Below, one piece after another: positions 11,556-23,274 of a DNA stretch of 52,252 bases; the stretch's first letter is position 1, and the number at the start of each line of letters is the position of its first letter. The notes under the pieces were generated by a model that saw only the letters and a program-made list of their open reading frames with translations, ran no database searches and had not been told where the DNA came from. The DNA comes from Parasitella parasitica NRRL 2501 (lineage: Eukaryota > Fungi > Mucoromycota), in assembly GCA_025201805.1 (NCBI GenBank), contig MU619323.1, positions 31,294 to 83,545 on the forward strand, read 5' to 3'. The translations under genes and the position numbers were made by a program.

Positions 11556-12638
11556 TATATAGTTGTATGGAAGAGTAGAAGAAAAAGAGATAAATCTGAC
11601 AGTTGTTTTCGCCGTACAACAAACTCCAAATAAGAAAAAAAAAAAAGCAGTTTTTTCAACCAAGCCTCAAAAAACAAGTAATTTTGTCACAATAAAGTCA
11701 CGAAAGAAAAGTTCAAGGCACCAGGAACACAAAAGAGCAACAATGGAGATCATTACTGCTTTTATAAAGCATAAAAGTAATAGGCTATCTATAGTATAGT
11801 GATTAAATAACTTCAAAGAAGTATTGTTCCAGCAAATGTATTGTAATTAGTATTCTGTATAATAGAGGATATAATTCGAAAGGTTGCTGGATATCAAACA
11901 TAATCTAGCTTGATTCTTTTGATGGAATTTTAGGAACGAAAGTTTTAAATAAAAGTGTGTTGTTTATTCTAATATAAAAATTGCAAAAAAGACTTGTTCA
12001 TCAGCTTTCTATTACAAAAGACATATACTGTTTGTAATAATCTAATGCAATTTACTATTAGATTTGTTCTTTAAATTTTGCATTAGTGCGTAAATTTTAA
12101 TTATCTGTAATATAATTATTTGATTATTCGTTATAATTTTTGATAATTTCGCCACAATTTTTGATAATTTGGCATAATTTTAGTGAAATATCTTACATAT
12201 CTCCAAGAAACTTCATTACATAATATTACAATTTCTAGATAAACCGTTTGCAATAAGGAGCTGAGGTTTAGACTTAGAATAGTCTCTATATCTTGGAAGT
12301 AGCTGGAAAATAAAGAATTTTGGTAGAAGCCAATCTCGAAATCCCACCTTTTGAGTCGGCTTTGACAATCCTTGGCCTAATAAATTTGTATCTTGCTGGC
12401 TATGTCTTTTCTAACTTTTTGAGAGAGGCATAATATCTTATTTAGTTCAACGAAAAATACAAATTTTAGGATGATTTATAACAATAAACTCCAGGGCAGA
12501 CCAGAATGATTCCTTCATGGAAGCCTAAAGACGAACAACGAAGCAATTGGATTGCAGTAATAGCATAATTTATGCAAAGATTCTTAAAATGACATTTTTA
12601 ATGATGATTGAATACCGCGATAATATCTCATCATTCGC

Positions 12639-13728
12639 TCATTCACCCTTTATGATCAGACTATCATCCTTTGCTGCGTATTCGGTCCAGCTGCCATCAT
12701 AAACTGCCAATTTGTGGGCACCGATTCTTTCCAGGGCCAAATACAGAATGGATGCAGTAATACCGCTTCCTATTTTAAGTAACATCGAGTTAACCATGTA
12801 TTCATGTCAAAAGCTGTACCAACATACCGCAACTAGTAATAATCTCCTTGTCAATATCAATACCTTTTGATTCAAATACTTTACGCAACTTGTCGTCATT
12901 GAGCATTTCACCAGACTGCACCACCTCATTAAATGCAACACTAATTGATCCAGGCATATGACCTGAACTTAAGCCGATGCGAGGTTCGGGAGCCTCACCC
13001 GTAAAACGAGCATATGGGCGAGCATCCAGCACTTGTGCACCATTCTTACCGTCTTGAATGTTGCGAGCATTTGATAATACAGCCTGATAATCACAGACGA
13101 TACTCTTATTGACTTTAGGTATTTTATAGACCTTTGGCTCGACAGGATCAGGGATACCTGTTTCAAGAGGGCCATCAGCTTTCTCCCAAGAAGGCAAACC
13201 GCCGTTCAACACAGAGACGGATTCATGCCCGAACGCCTTTTTGATGTATACGGTTTATATGTATATAGATAAAAGAAGATTTGGTTGATAAATATATCCA
13301 TATTTACCTTAAATGTCCAATAAACTCGACACGCGGAAAACACACCGGCAGTGTCATACACCACAACATGGTCATCTTGCGAAATTCCCATTTTACCTAT
13401 TAAAAAACATAAAGGAAGTTGGCATCAAGTCCATCACGCGTCTCTGTCTGTCTGTATGCTTTATGTTACCAACAGCATCTGCAAACTTATCCGGTGAGGG
13501 CAGCATATGAGGAAGGTCAGTAGAGGCATCTTTGATCGTATCTATGCCGAAAAACTGGCTACCGGTGATTCTTTTATCGAGAAATTCTTGATATGGATCA
13601 CGGTTCGTATTCGGCATATGCCAAGAACCATCGAGGATCTTGACACTTGTTAGTGCCGATTTCAATTCCTTGGTGGAAACAAGGCTTCCAAATGAGCGAA
13701 GCTGCTGCGAGGGCGAAGATATGACCAT
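12639..13728 (-). CDS. TUM1: Tandem-rhodanese sulfurtransferase (3-mercaptopyruvate/thiosulfate sulfurtransferase)
   Basis: ILDGSWHMP, PHMLPS, VVVYD, LNGGLPSW, DARPYARFTG..PEPR, SGHMPGS, active-site loop SC|GSGITA and YDGSWTEY; 4 exons. Start codon uncertain (13728 or 13815). Confidence 0.9.
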
Positions 13729-14232
13729 GTCTTTATTTTTTTTTTTTTTTTTTATTATTTTTGCAATGATAAAGGACACATACAAAAAGGGTTTGTTTTT
13801 AGGAAATAGCGTCATTTTTCCAACAAAAAGATAAACCTACGATTTTTGATGGCACAAGCAGCCTGTCTAAACATGTTGTCGGTAAAGGCAGAGATAAAAA
13901 AGGGCGTTATCTTGTCGAGATTTATGTTGGATTGGAGAAGATTATGTTTAATGTTTGATGACGTGCGGGAGATCATCTTCTGGTAACATCTGGATGAAAG
14001 TTTAAATTTCCTAATTAATTGTGCATTGAAATAGTATCATGGATCATGAATACAAGCAAAGGCCCTTTTTTTTGGAACCGGAATTCATTTCAGATTTGAG
14101 TTAGACCTCTATGCAATGCTTTTGAATGAGCTCATTTTGGTTGATCTCACCCTTTTTTGTGCCATCATAGGAGAAATTTCATGCACCTTGTTTGATTTTC
14201 TATATAATCTTGACATTTGAAAAAAAATTCTA

Positions 14233-14266
<34 letters not shown>

Positions 14267-14295
14267 CTTTCTTGTGTGAGAAAGAGAGATCAGAA

Positions 14296-16570
14296 ATGGC
14301 TGAATACAATACTACACCCACATCGCCTCAACATCGGCCCTCCAATGCCACAAGCCAAGGGTCTACAGTTCAGGACACAACGAGAGACGACGACATAGCC
14401 TCAGACATTGATCTGAATCAAGACAGTCAACATACACAAGATCTACAAGACGACCATGTATCCTTTCATTCTCAAAATACCCTTGGTACGATTATAGCTT
14501 ATAATGAATGTTTGTGTTCTATTTATACTCAATCCAGCACATGCATCTCACTGCATTAGATTCAAATCAAAATGCATTCAAGTTCAACTATACAGAAAAA
14601 ATCTCGGATCTGCTAGTGCATCCACAACAAGGAAACCAGCCCCAGCAGCACCAAGAGCAGCACCAAAGCACAAAGGTGCCAGGCCAGGAGCGTATTACGA
14701 TCGTTGAAGACGTCCTTTTGCACAGAAATGACGACCATCACCAGCAACAGACAAGTACGGACACCGAGAAAAATAGTCATCCCTGGGTAGTCAGCTTTAA
14801 GGAGGCAAAGATCTGCAAATGGGTTCAGAGACAATGCACAGCGATGGACAACAGATATGCATTTCAAATGGGTGTTGCTTTTACATTAGCGGCTCTACTA
14901 GTCATCATAGGACCTGTATCTCAAATATTTCCTAATGCGTTTTGGGTCGGTAAGTCTTGAGGCGCTTATACACGGACAATTTTCATGTCTAAAATTGATG
15001 AATTCAATATACATAGGTGTGTCTGTGGTAACTGTGCTGGACAACACTGTGGGTGGATTTCTAAATCTAAGCATTCAGCGCTTAATTGGGACGCTTATCG
15101 GCGGTGGGTCAAGTATTGTAGTCATGACGATCACTAGAGCCATTTTTCATCCCAGATGGGAGTGGGATGCAGCCCTCGTATTGGGGTTCTTGATGTTCAT
15201 CCAAGTGTTCTTCATTGCAAAGTTAAAGATGATGCCCAATATGAGCTATGCTGGAAGTATTGTAAGCAAACAACAAGCAGTAAATTCGTCTTTTTGTCAA
15301 GCTAAGCGTTTACTACTACATAGGGTTTACTCACTACGTGCATCATTCTCTTGTCGGGCTATCCTAACCTTATTCATGACAGGCTCTCCTATGCAGCGGA
15401 ATTAGGAGCTTGGAGAACACTAAATTTGATTATCGGTATCGTTATTTCACTGTAAGCCTATAATGACTTCACACTTGAACGTAAAAAAACTTATCTGTAT
15501 TTACATCTAGACTTGTATCATTGTTTGTTTTTCCTTTAAAAGCTAGTAGTGTTATGAGGAAAAACTTGGGAAAAGCACTAGAGGATGCAGCAGATTTGTA
15601 CAAAAAGTCTTCCGAGTACTATTTGGACTTTAGTGGCCACACTACAACTGCAGTTGATGAGTCACTTGCATCAAATATTGCTCGTCGATTACCAGCTGAA
15701 ATGATGGAAGAAGCTAATGCACATCAATTATCGATCACAGATATACTGACCAGGACCTTCTCCACTCAACCACCAGAGGTTAGCGTCGATATGCAGAACC
15801 AAATACGTCAACAGATCGATGAAGTCAATCGCTTTTGGACTCATGACTCTATCACCAACATCAGTAACCAGGCCTTTGGTGTGCTAGCAAAGCTGCAGGC
15901 TGAGGCCACGCGACTGAGAAATGTCTCCAACGAGTACTATTTTCAAATTATTTTTCACATTTTTGGCGGCGGCAGAGACAGATGCAAAAGAGATATGAGA
16001 AGGGCAAAAAGATATAACGAGGCCATCGAAGCTATGAAGCGTGTGGTATGGCCACTGGTGTCTTTTCGATTACTGATGCCATTGATCAATCTGAGTCAAT
16101 CAACAAACCGATTAGACGAGCTAGTAGGCGCACGTTCTGGCGGATCACCAGCATCACAAGACACTATTACATTGCAAGAACGCATTACACCCACTAAAGA
16201 AACATTAGAAAGTTTTCACGATAGCTTAACAGTGATGCTTCGACTAGGAAAAATATTGAAAAATCACAGAAAGCCCTTGAGTGCGTTTCCGGACGACTGG
16301 CTAGAAATCGATCGAATGGTTACTGCAGGAAATCTACATATACAGCGAGAACTAAAGCTCATTATCAAGGTGGCCATGTATACCGACAATACAGATGGCC
16401 TCAAGTTGCTGTCGTATTATGGGTTTCTAGTTAGATGCTCAATGATCTGGGACGGTCTCAAGACAGTGGTGGAGAAGCTAAGTCCGTTAAATGGATCGTT
16501 GAGCCGTGCATCCAGCATGGGGGTAGGAACTCCTTTACCGAACAGAGAATATGTGAATCCAGCTGAATAG
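14296..16570 (+). CDS. ALMT/FUSC (aromatic acid exporter superfamily) membrane transporter
   Basis: RYAFQMGVAFTLAALLV...FWVG|VSVVTVLDNTVGGFLNLSIQRLIGTLIGG matches the ALMT/FUSC_2 pattern. Several TM helices, then FVFP and a long soluble helical C-terminal domain. About 5 exons. Confidence 0.8.
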
Positions 16571-18064
16571 CCATTTTGCCGAGCTAACGTGTAATACTAG
16601 TGTAAATTTTATTGATATTTATTCCATCATATATAGTATATTCAATCTAAATAAATAATAAAGTACAGTACTGAATCTTATTGATGATAACCCTCTGCTC
16701 GGGCAATATTGTTATTTCTGGGATTGAGATTTATTTTAGCATATTGAGAAGTAGAAGCTATGGGAGGGGGGTTTTTTTTCTCAAGATACTATGATTCTTA
16801 TTTGATTCATAAGAATTAAGAGTAATTTATGTTTAATGGATATACATAGGGATAGCGGTATGTTGAACCGAAAAGTGACAAAATTATGATATACGATAAA
16901 GAGTTATGTCTAGATCAAGGAGATGTATACCAGAAGGTATAGTATAAACAGTTATTAAGAGTCCTTATACGACTTCTAGACATATCCATTATCATAATAT
17001 TCTAGTATTCAACTATAACATATCATGTAATGTTTGGAAATTTATGAGGACAAAAGATGATGTGTTGTTTCAACACAATAAAAATAGGGGTATTAAAAAA
17101 TCATACGGATAGTTATGATATTGTGCAAATTGATAGATTTATCAAGTATGTAGACAAGTATTTGGCAAGGAGGTACTAATTATTGAGCTGGCGTTGTAAT
17201 GTAAAATAGATACACTTACAGTATTAAATTGCCACACAGCTTTTGTAAAATTCTCAAGGAAAATGTTTAGCATATTACACACAAGGATGGCAGAAGGTTC
17301 TGCCAAGTGCACAGCAGGATCTAAAAGCGAAGTCATCACTTTGATTAAAATTGGATCTATATCCGGAAGAGTTGAATTGTAGTCTGGATTGGATGACTAT
17401 GTGTTTTATATAATCGAATTCAAGACACCAGAACTTTTTATTGAAGAGACCACATCTCATTCAAATAATCAAAGCCTATAATAATATATCATGTATACCA
17501 ACTTTTTTCCATGATGTTAAAGTTTCTTTGATATTTATACACATCATATTGTAAGACATTTATATGCACTTTTTTTTTTAACTATGTATGCCTCACAAAT
17601 TTATGAATAAATAAGTTTTTTTACACAAAATTGTCACTCTGTTCCTTTCATTTTTTTAGCATGACGGTTTCGATATAGTTTAGTGATTAAAGCAGAGACA
17701 AAATATGAGCTTTGTGACCTGGAATGTAACAGTAGAATCTCATCTCTACATAGTAGCTTTGCTACATGTTAAATCGATGCACTAATTTTATATTATACCA
17801 TGTGATTATGGTCAGCTAAACAGAATTTGAGTTGCTTCTCAAGATAATTATACCAAAGGGATAAACACATCCATAACCGCATGATCATTGTAATGTAAGC
17901 ATTAAAATTTATGCAGAGTTACTTGAATAATTGAAAAATATGTATATAGGGTGTGTTTGATAATCTTCTTTTTGATCTGATTGTCTTGAATGCACGGAGC
18001 TGTGCACGATGTTTATAAGAATTCAGGCACACGTTGATGTGTCGGCTGTCAAACTAATACTAAG

Positions 18065-18189
18065 CAATGATTGGCTGAAAAATAATAAACAATGATTGGC
18101 TGGAGATAATATGAATTTTTTGACAGCCACTTTGTGACTGTTTCTAAAGAAAGTCTTCTTGCTTTATTAGAACATACAAAAAATTTTCA
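18065..18189 (+). promoter_or_regulatory. SNU13 promoter motifs: twin CCAAT boxes, Homol-D-like box, RRPE-like element
   Basis: 13-bp direct repeat CAATGATTGGCTG at 18065-18077 and 18090-18102 (reverse CCAAT). TGTGACTG at 18133-18140 is the reverse complement of Homol-D CAGTCACA. AAAAAATTTTCA at 18178-18189 is RRPE-like. Confidence 0.5.
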
Positions 18190-18226
18190 CTCTTTCAGCT
18201 GCTCTTTGCAATATATACACATCAAA

Positions 18227-18732
18227 ATGGTAAGACAACAACTGTAGTGTTAAGATGTAGACATTGAGATATTGATCATTGTTCATAGTCTCTAAATCCT
18301 AAGGCTTTTCCTCTTGCTGATGCTGACATGACCCGCACCATCCTTGATTTGGTTCAACAAGCATCGCATTACAAGCAACTCAAGAAGGGTGCTAATGAAG
18401 CTACCAAGACCCTTAACAGAGGCATCTCTGAATTTATCATCATGGCTGGTAAGTCGTATCAAAGAGCGATAGGGAGAGAGAAATGGTTTTTTAATAGATT
18501 TTTTTTTTTTCGGACAGCTGATACTGAGCCTTTGGAAATTCTTCTTCACCTTCCTCTTTTGTGTGAAGATAAGAACGTCCCTTATGTTTTTGTTCCCTCC
18601 AAGACTGCTTTGGGTCGTGCCTGTGGTGTCTCTCGTTCCGTGATCGCTGCTTCCATCACCACCAATGAAGCCTCTGATTTGAAGCCTCAAATCAATACTC
18701 TTAAGGCTCAAATCGAGAAGCTTCTCATCTAG
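18227..18732 (+). CDS. SNU13: Snu13/15.5K K-turn-binding protein (U3/box C/D snoRNP, U4 snRNP)
   Basis: ATG-only exon 18227-18229; introns 18230-18288 and 18449-18517. NPKAFPLAD...[16 protein letters not shown]...[28 protein letters not shown]. Confidence 0.97.
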
Positions 18733-19302
18733 ATTTATAAACAAACCCACATTATATTTTATCAAATCATCCAAGTCAAATTTTTCTTGATGATCATGGT
18801 TGGTGCAGAGGGCGTTTTATATAATCATGTTTTTTTTTTTCTTCTTCACAACTCCATTCTATATGTTTTTATTACTACATTGTTCAAATGATGCACTGGC
18901 AGTGAAAGAAAAGTTTTATTTTGTGTTTTTATCCCTTGTACATCTGTCAATGTAAATAGCATTTAAAATAAACAAATCTTTTTTTTATCTCCAAACAAAA
19001 TTTACATGCTATGCTATGTTCTACAAAAAAATCCCTGATCTTCGACATGAAAAGAAAAGAAAAAGATGTATGTTTGTTTACAAGCAAGACTACTTTTTGT
19101 CTGTCGATCCCTGCAGTGGTACTTCTCTTCTGTTGTGTTGCTGTTCTCTTTATCTTTTACATCATGTCTCCCCCGTGTACACACAGCCATGGACATGGTC
19201 TAGGGGATTTTCTTGTAATATAAATACATGTTGTTGTTTTTTGCCATCGCTTTAGTCTTTTGTCTTTCTCCTTCTCTCTCTTTTTTATTCATCGCTAACA
19301 AA

Positions 19303-20096
19303 ATGAAGTCGACAATTGCTTTATCTTTGGTGCTTGCTGCCTCTTTCCAACAAGTCGCTTTCGCTCAAGATGGTAAGTAACCTGTCTAATATGCCGAATA
19401 TGCTATCGTCAGACTTATAAACTTAATCTAGATGAACAAAATGTACCCGCCATGCCAACGTTGCCTACTCCTGTTACTGACATTTATTGGTGGAAGACTC
19501 TTTTGACTGGAGATGAGATCAAGAATTACTTGACTGAACCTGCCACTGCCGCTGCTACTGCTGCTCCCACTGCTACCGACGATGTTGCTACTCCTTCCCC
19601 TACTGCTTCCGATAGCGAAAGTGCCAGCGAAGCTGTTAGCGGATCTGCCAGTGACTCTACTGCTTCAGCAACTGAAAGTGCTGTTGAAAGCGGAGCCTCT
19701 TCGGCTGCTTCAGATGTCTCTTCTTTAGCATCGGCTGTATCAGAAACACTCTCATCTATTGCTTCTGATGGTAAGAAACTAGATGTTCCAGATCTACATA
19801 CATAAGTTCTCCTTACTTACCCCCCCCCCCTTTTTTTTTTTTTTTGAATAGCTTCCGCTACCCCTTCTTCCGTCGCAGCTTGGTCAAGCAGTGCATCTAT
19901 TTTCTACTCCTCTGCTACTGGCGCACCCATTGCATCAGGTAGCTCTATTGTTGCTAGACCAAGTGGGTCTATTATTCCCCCCTCAACCACCAGCAATTCC
20001 GTTAATACGTCTATGGGTAGCCATGTTATTGCTGATATGGGTAAGATGGTCCTCTCAGTAGCCGTTGCAGCTATATTTGGAAATATGTTAAATTAA
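19303..20096 (+). CDS. Secreted Ser/Thr/Ala-rich, probably GPI-anchored cell-surface protein
   Basis: Signal peptide MKSTIALSLVLAASFQQVAFA; 3 exons; low-complexity S/T/A body; hydrophobic C-terminus MVLSVAVAAIFGNMLN*. Confidence 0.8.
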
Positions 20097-20407
20097 GAAC
20101 TCTCGCTCTCTTTGTCCTTTCTATCTTTGTCTTTTCCTCCTTTAAATTCTTTGAAATTGATATAGTATATTATAGTCATAATAATAGCAATTAGTCTTTC
20201 TACGAGACTAGTGAAATAGTAATAAAAACCAAATAGTTTAAATATGAAATGTTCAATTTGTGATACCTTTTCCCTTTGCCTTAAAAGATGGTTGATCTAT
20301 AAATAAGAAAGGAGAGGAAAAATAACCTGAGAAAAAAGAGTTTTCTTTTGGTGATACATAGCTCTTTTCTTCTTCTTTCTTTCTCTTGTAATCAAAACTT
20401 TGTAAAA

Positions 20408-21048
20408 ATGAAATTCTCTGTGATTGCTTCAGGCATTATCTTGGCTGCTACCTCTGTAGCAGCACAATTAACTGCTCCTATGCAAAACTATAATGTTAGT
20501 AGCCCCGTTTCCAACGGTCCCTATGTAGTTGGTCAAATTTTACCTTGCACCATTCAGCTCTTTGAAAATGTCATGTCAGGTACTTGTGTGAATTAATCAA
20601 TACGCAATTGCAAAATGCTAATGCTTGCAGTATAGATATTGCTCTGTCTATCTCTCTTAGTTCCGCTGCAACTGGCAGTAATCTTACTTATCCCATTGCT
20701 GCTTCAGTTGATGTCTCAAAGACTTCAGCCAGCGCCAAACAAAACGGCAACATCACTTACTACGAGCATTCTGTAAATTATAATATCCCCACCACTGTTG
20801 TTCCTGGAGCATACAATGTTGTCTTTTTGGATTCCAAGACAAACACTCATCTCGATGTACCAATTAACGTGTTGCCCGCTGCTTCTGCCTCCGCAATCAA
20901 ATCTGCTGCTTCAACTGGTGCTGCAGCTGCAACACCTACCTCTGCAGGCTCCATCTTCAAAGATAACGGCAACGGCGTTGCAGCCATGTCCCCTTCTAAA
21001 GCGATTGTTTCCCTTGCCTGCGTCGCTGTCTTGGCCTACATGCTTTGA
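20408..21048 (+). CDS. Secreted, probably GPI-anchored protein with a beta-rich N-terminal domain
   Basis: Signal peptide MKFSVIASGIILAATSVAA; one intron at about 20580-20636; beta-strand-like domain (VSSPVSNGPYVVGQ...IPTTVVPGAYNVVF); S/A/T linker; C-terminus NGVAAMSPSKAIVSLACVAVLAYML*. Confidence 0.8.
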
Positions 21049-23274
21049 GAAGACTTTGCAGCAAAATCTTATTTCTACACGTGCACCAGTAAAATGTAAT
21101 TTCTTTGTTCAACGTTTAAATAATGACAGCTATTTTTTTCCATTTCGTTGGAATAGCAGCCTCTAAATTATCGTAATTCCAACCTGACCATCTCCATCTC
21201 CATTTCCTTAATAACCGTTAAACGATATATACATGCGATCCTAATAAAAACACACTATACGCCTACATAATCAATGAGGCCAAACAAACGTTGTCAATGT
21301 ATCACTTAATCTCCACACTGGCTTTGGGATCAAGTTACACGGCTCGATATATTTTGTCACACATCAGCAAGATTCTATTTTAAAAACCTTAAAACATTCT
21401 TGTTGCAAATAATTGAAGTGCACAGTAATAGCAATGAATCGACAGTTTGCATCTCTTATCATGGTTGTTATTATCAGAAAAATAACAGCGGACCCAATGT
21501 CTCTTATAATAGACCCATGTTAAGTGATCATCGATACATGTTTGTTTGCTTACATTCAGGGGGTGTTTTTTTTTTTAGAAAAAAAAAATCAATACGATCC
21601 AGAATTGATCTTCACATCACATTAGTGGATTTGTACGTATAAATCATATTGTACTCATGCACGGTTATTTTTTTTTTTTCTTTTTTTAAAAAACGATAAG
21701 CATCAGGTGTGCAGATTTTAGCTTCTGCGATTGCTCTTCTTCCGATATGTAAAGTTTGAAAAGAGGTGCATATTATGTATGTGGCAGCTGATAATAATTG
21801 GCAGAGCTCAACATTTGAACTGAATACTACTTGTATAATGGGTAGGTCTTCTCAAACAAGATACTTACATTTATTATATAACAAGTGACACGTTGCACAC
21901 CGAGCTTGTTTGCTGCAAATAATAGCAGTGATGAAATGCTATATATAACTTGTTTGCATTTTGAGATGGAGGTATATATATATAGTTGCCATCTACTCGT
22001 TCTTTCAATTTAGGCAATTACCAAAGTATGCACGATTGTGAAGCTGTGTTTTTAGAGGATAATATTAGAGTTATTTAAGGCCTTTCATTGATTCAAGAGG
22101 TCAGCAACTAGTATCAGAAAGACTTTTAAAAAAAAAAGTGTGATTGAAGTTTCATACCCAAAGTTAAAAAAGACTATTGAGGCATTTATATAGCCAAGAA
22201 TTATACTGATCTACTCAAAAGAGCAAAGATCCAACTAATCTGTAAAGCTACAAAACAAGTATTACTAATGAGACTTTTATTATAGCCAAACAAAGCTCCA
22301 AAATTAGATGGTCATCAATAATACAAACACATACAGTTACTCAATTCTTAAGGTAAAGTTACAAAAACAAACATTCAAGTTGTATATCCTAAGAAGATCA
22401 AATATACATCGCACATTTTAGATATTTTAACTATTTAAAGATTACAGCGGAAACATGTGAGGGTAGCTATCATCTAAGTGGTTTGACTATCTTTGGAAGC
22501 AACTAAGATTTTAAAATGAGTTTTGACTTTAACTACCTATAGAGGATCGATATATACTGCGCGATTATGAAGGTATATATAGATATCCATCATCAGTAAA
22601 CTGTAAAAATGTTTATTTCGGATGGTAATAATTGGTGTGCTTGCACTGGAATAATAAGCGTGATAATAAACTCGGATTGAATGTGGCGATAAATTAAACA
22701 CGCTACATGGCAATTACCAATATTCATTATCAAATGCTCTAAACAGCACCTTGTAAAATGATATTGTCTACTGCTATCCAGGATTGGGTCATAAAGCAAT
22801 CTGATATGATTGAGATAAAGCAATACACATTACCAAACACCAGAGCATCGAATCAACGAGTGCTGGTAAACTAGAACGAATATATCTCGAATTAGTGTAA
22901 AGAAAGTTGCGGTGGCGAGATCTTTAGCCTTTGAGTTTACTTTGAATGGTGTACATGAGGGCATAATGTAACTGAAGTTTTAAGTTTGTGGTGCGGATTT
23001 AGTTTCACGTTTACATATTGATGTAATAAACACTTTTATCTCTCGTATATATGTATATGAATGCAGGGAATAAGCTCGTTGACACATTTTGAAAGCCTCA
23101 CTTCAAGCAACTCGACTGAACAGTGTAGCATATCATAACAGATATCCAGTACATTGATTTATGAAGCCACACTGACTGTTATTACTGGCATTTCTTGTTG
23201 CCTATTGAAAAAAAAAAAAAAAAAAAAAATAATAGGCAACGTATTGTTTTATCACTCAATCAAATACATTTACA

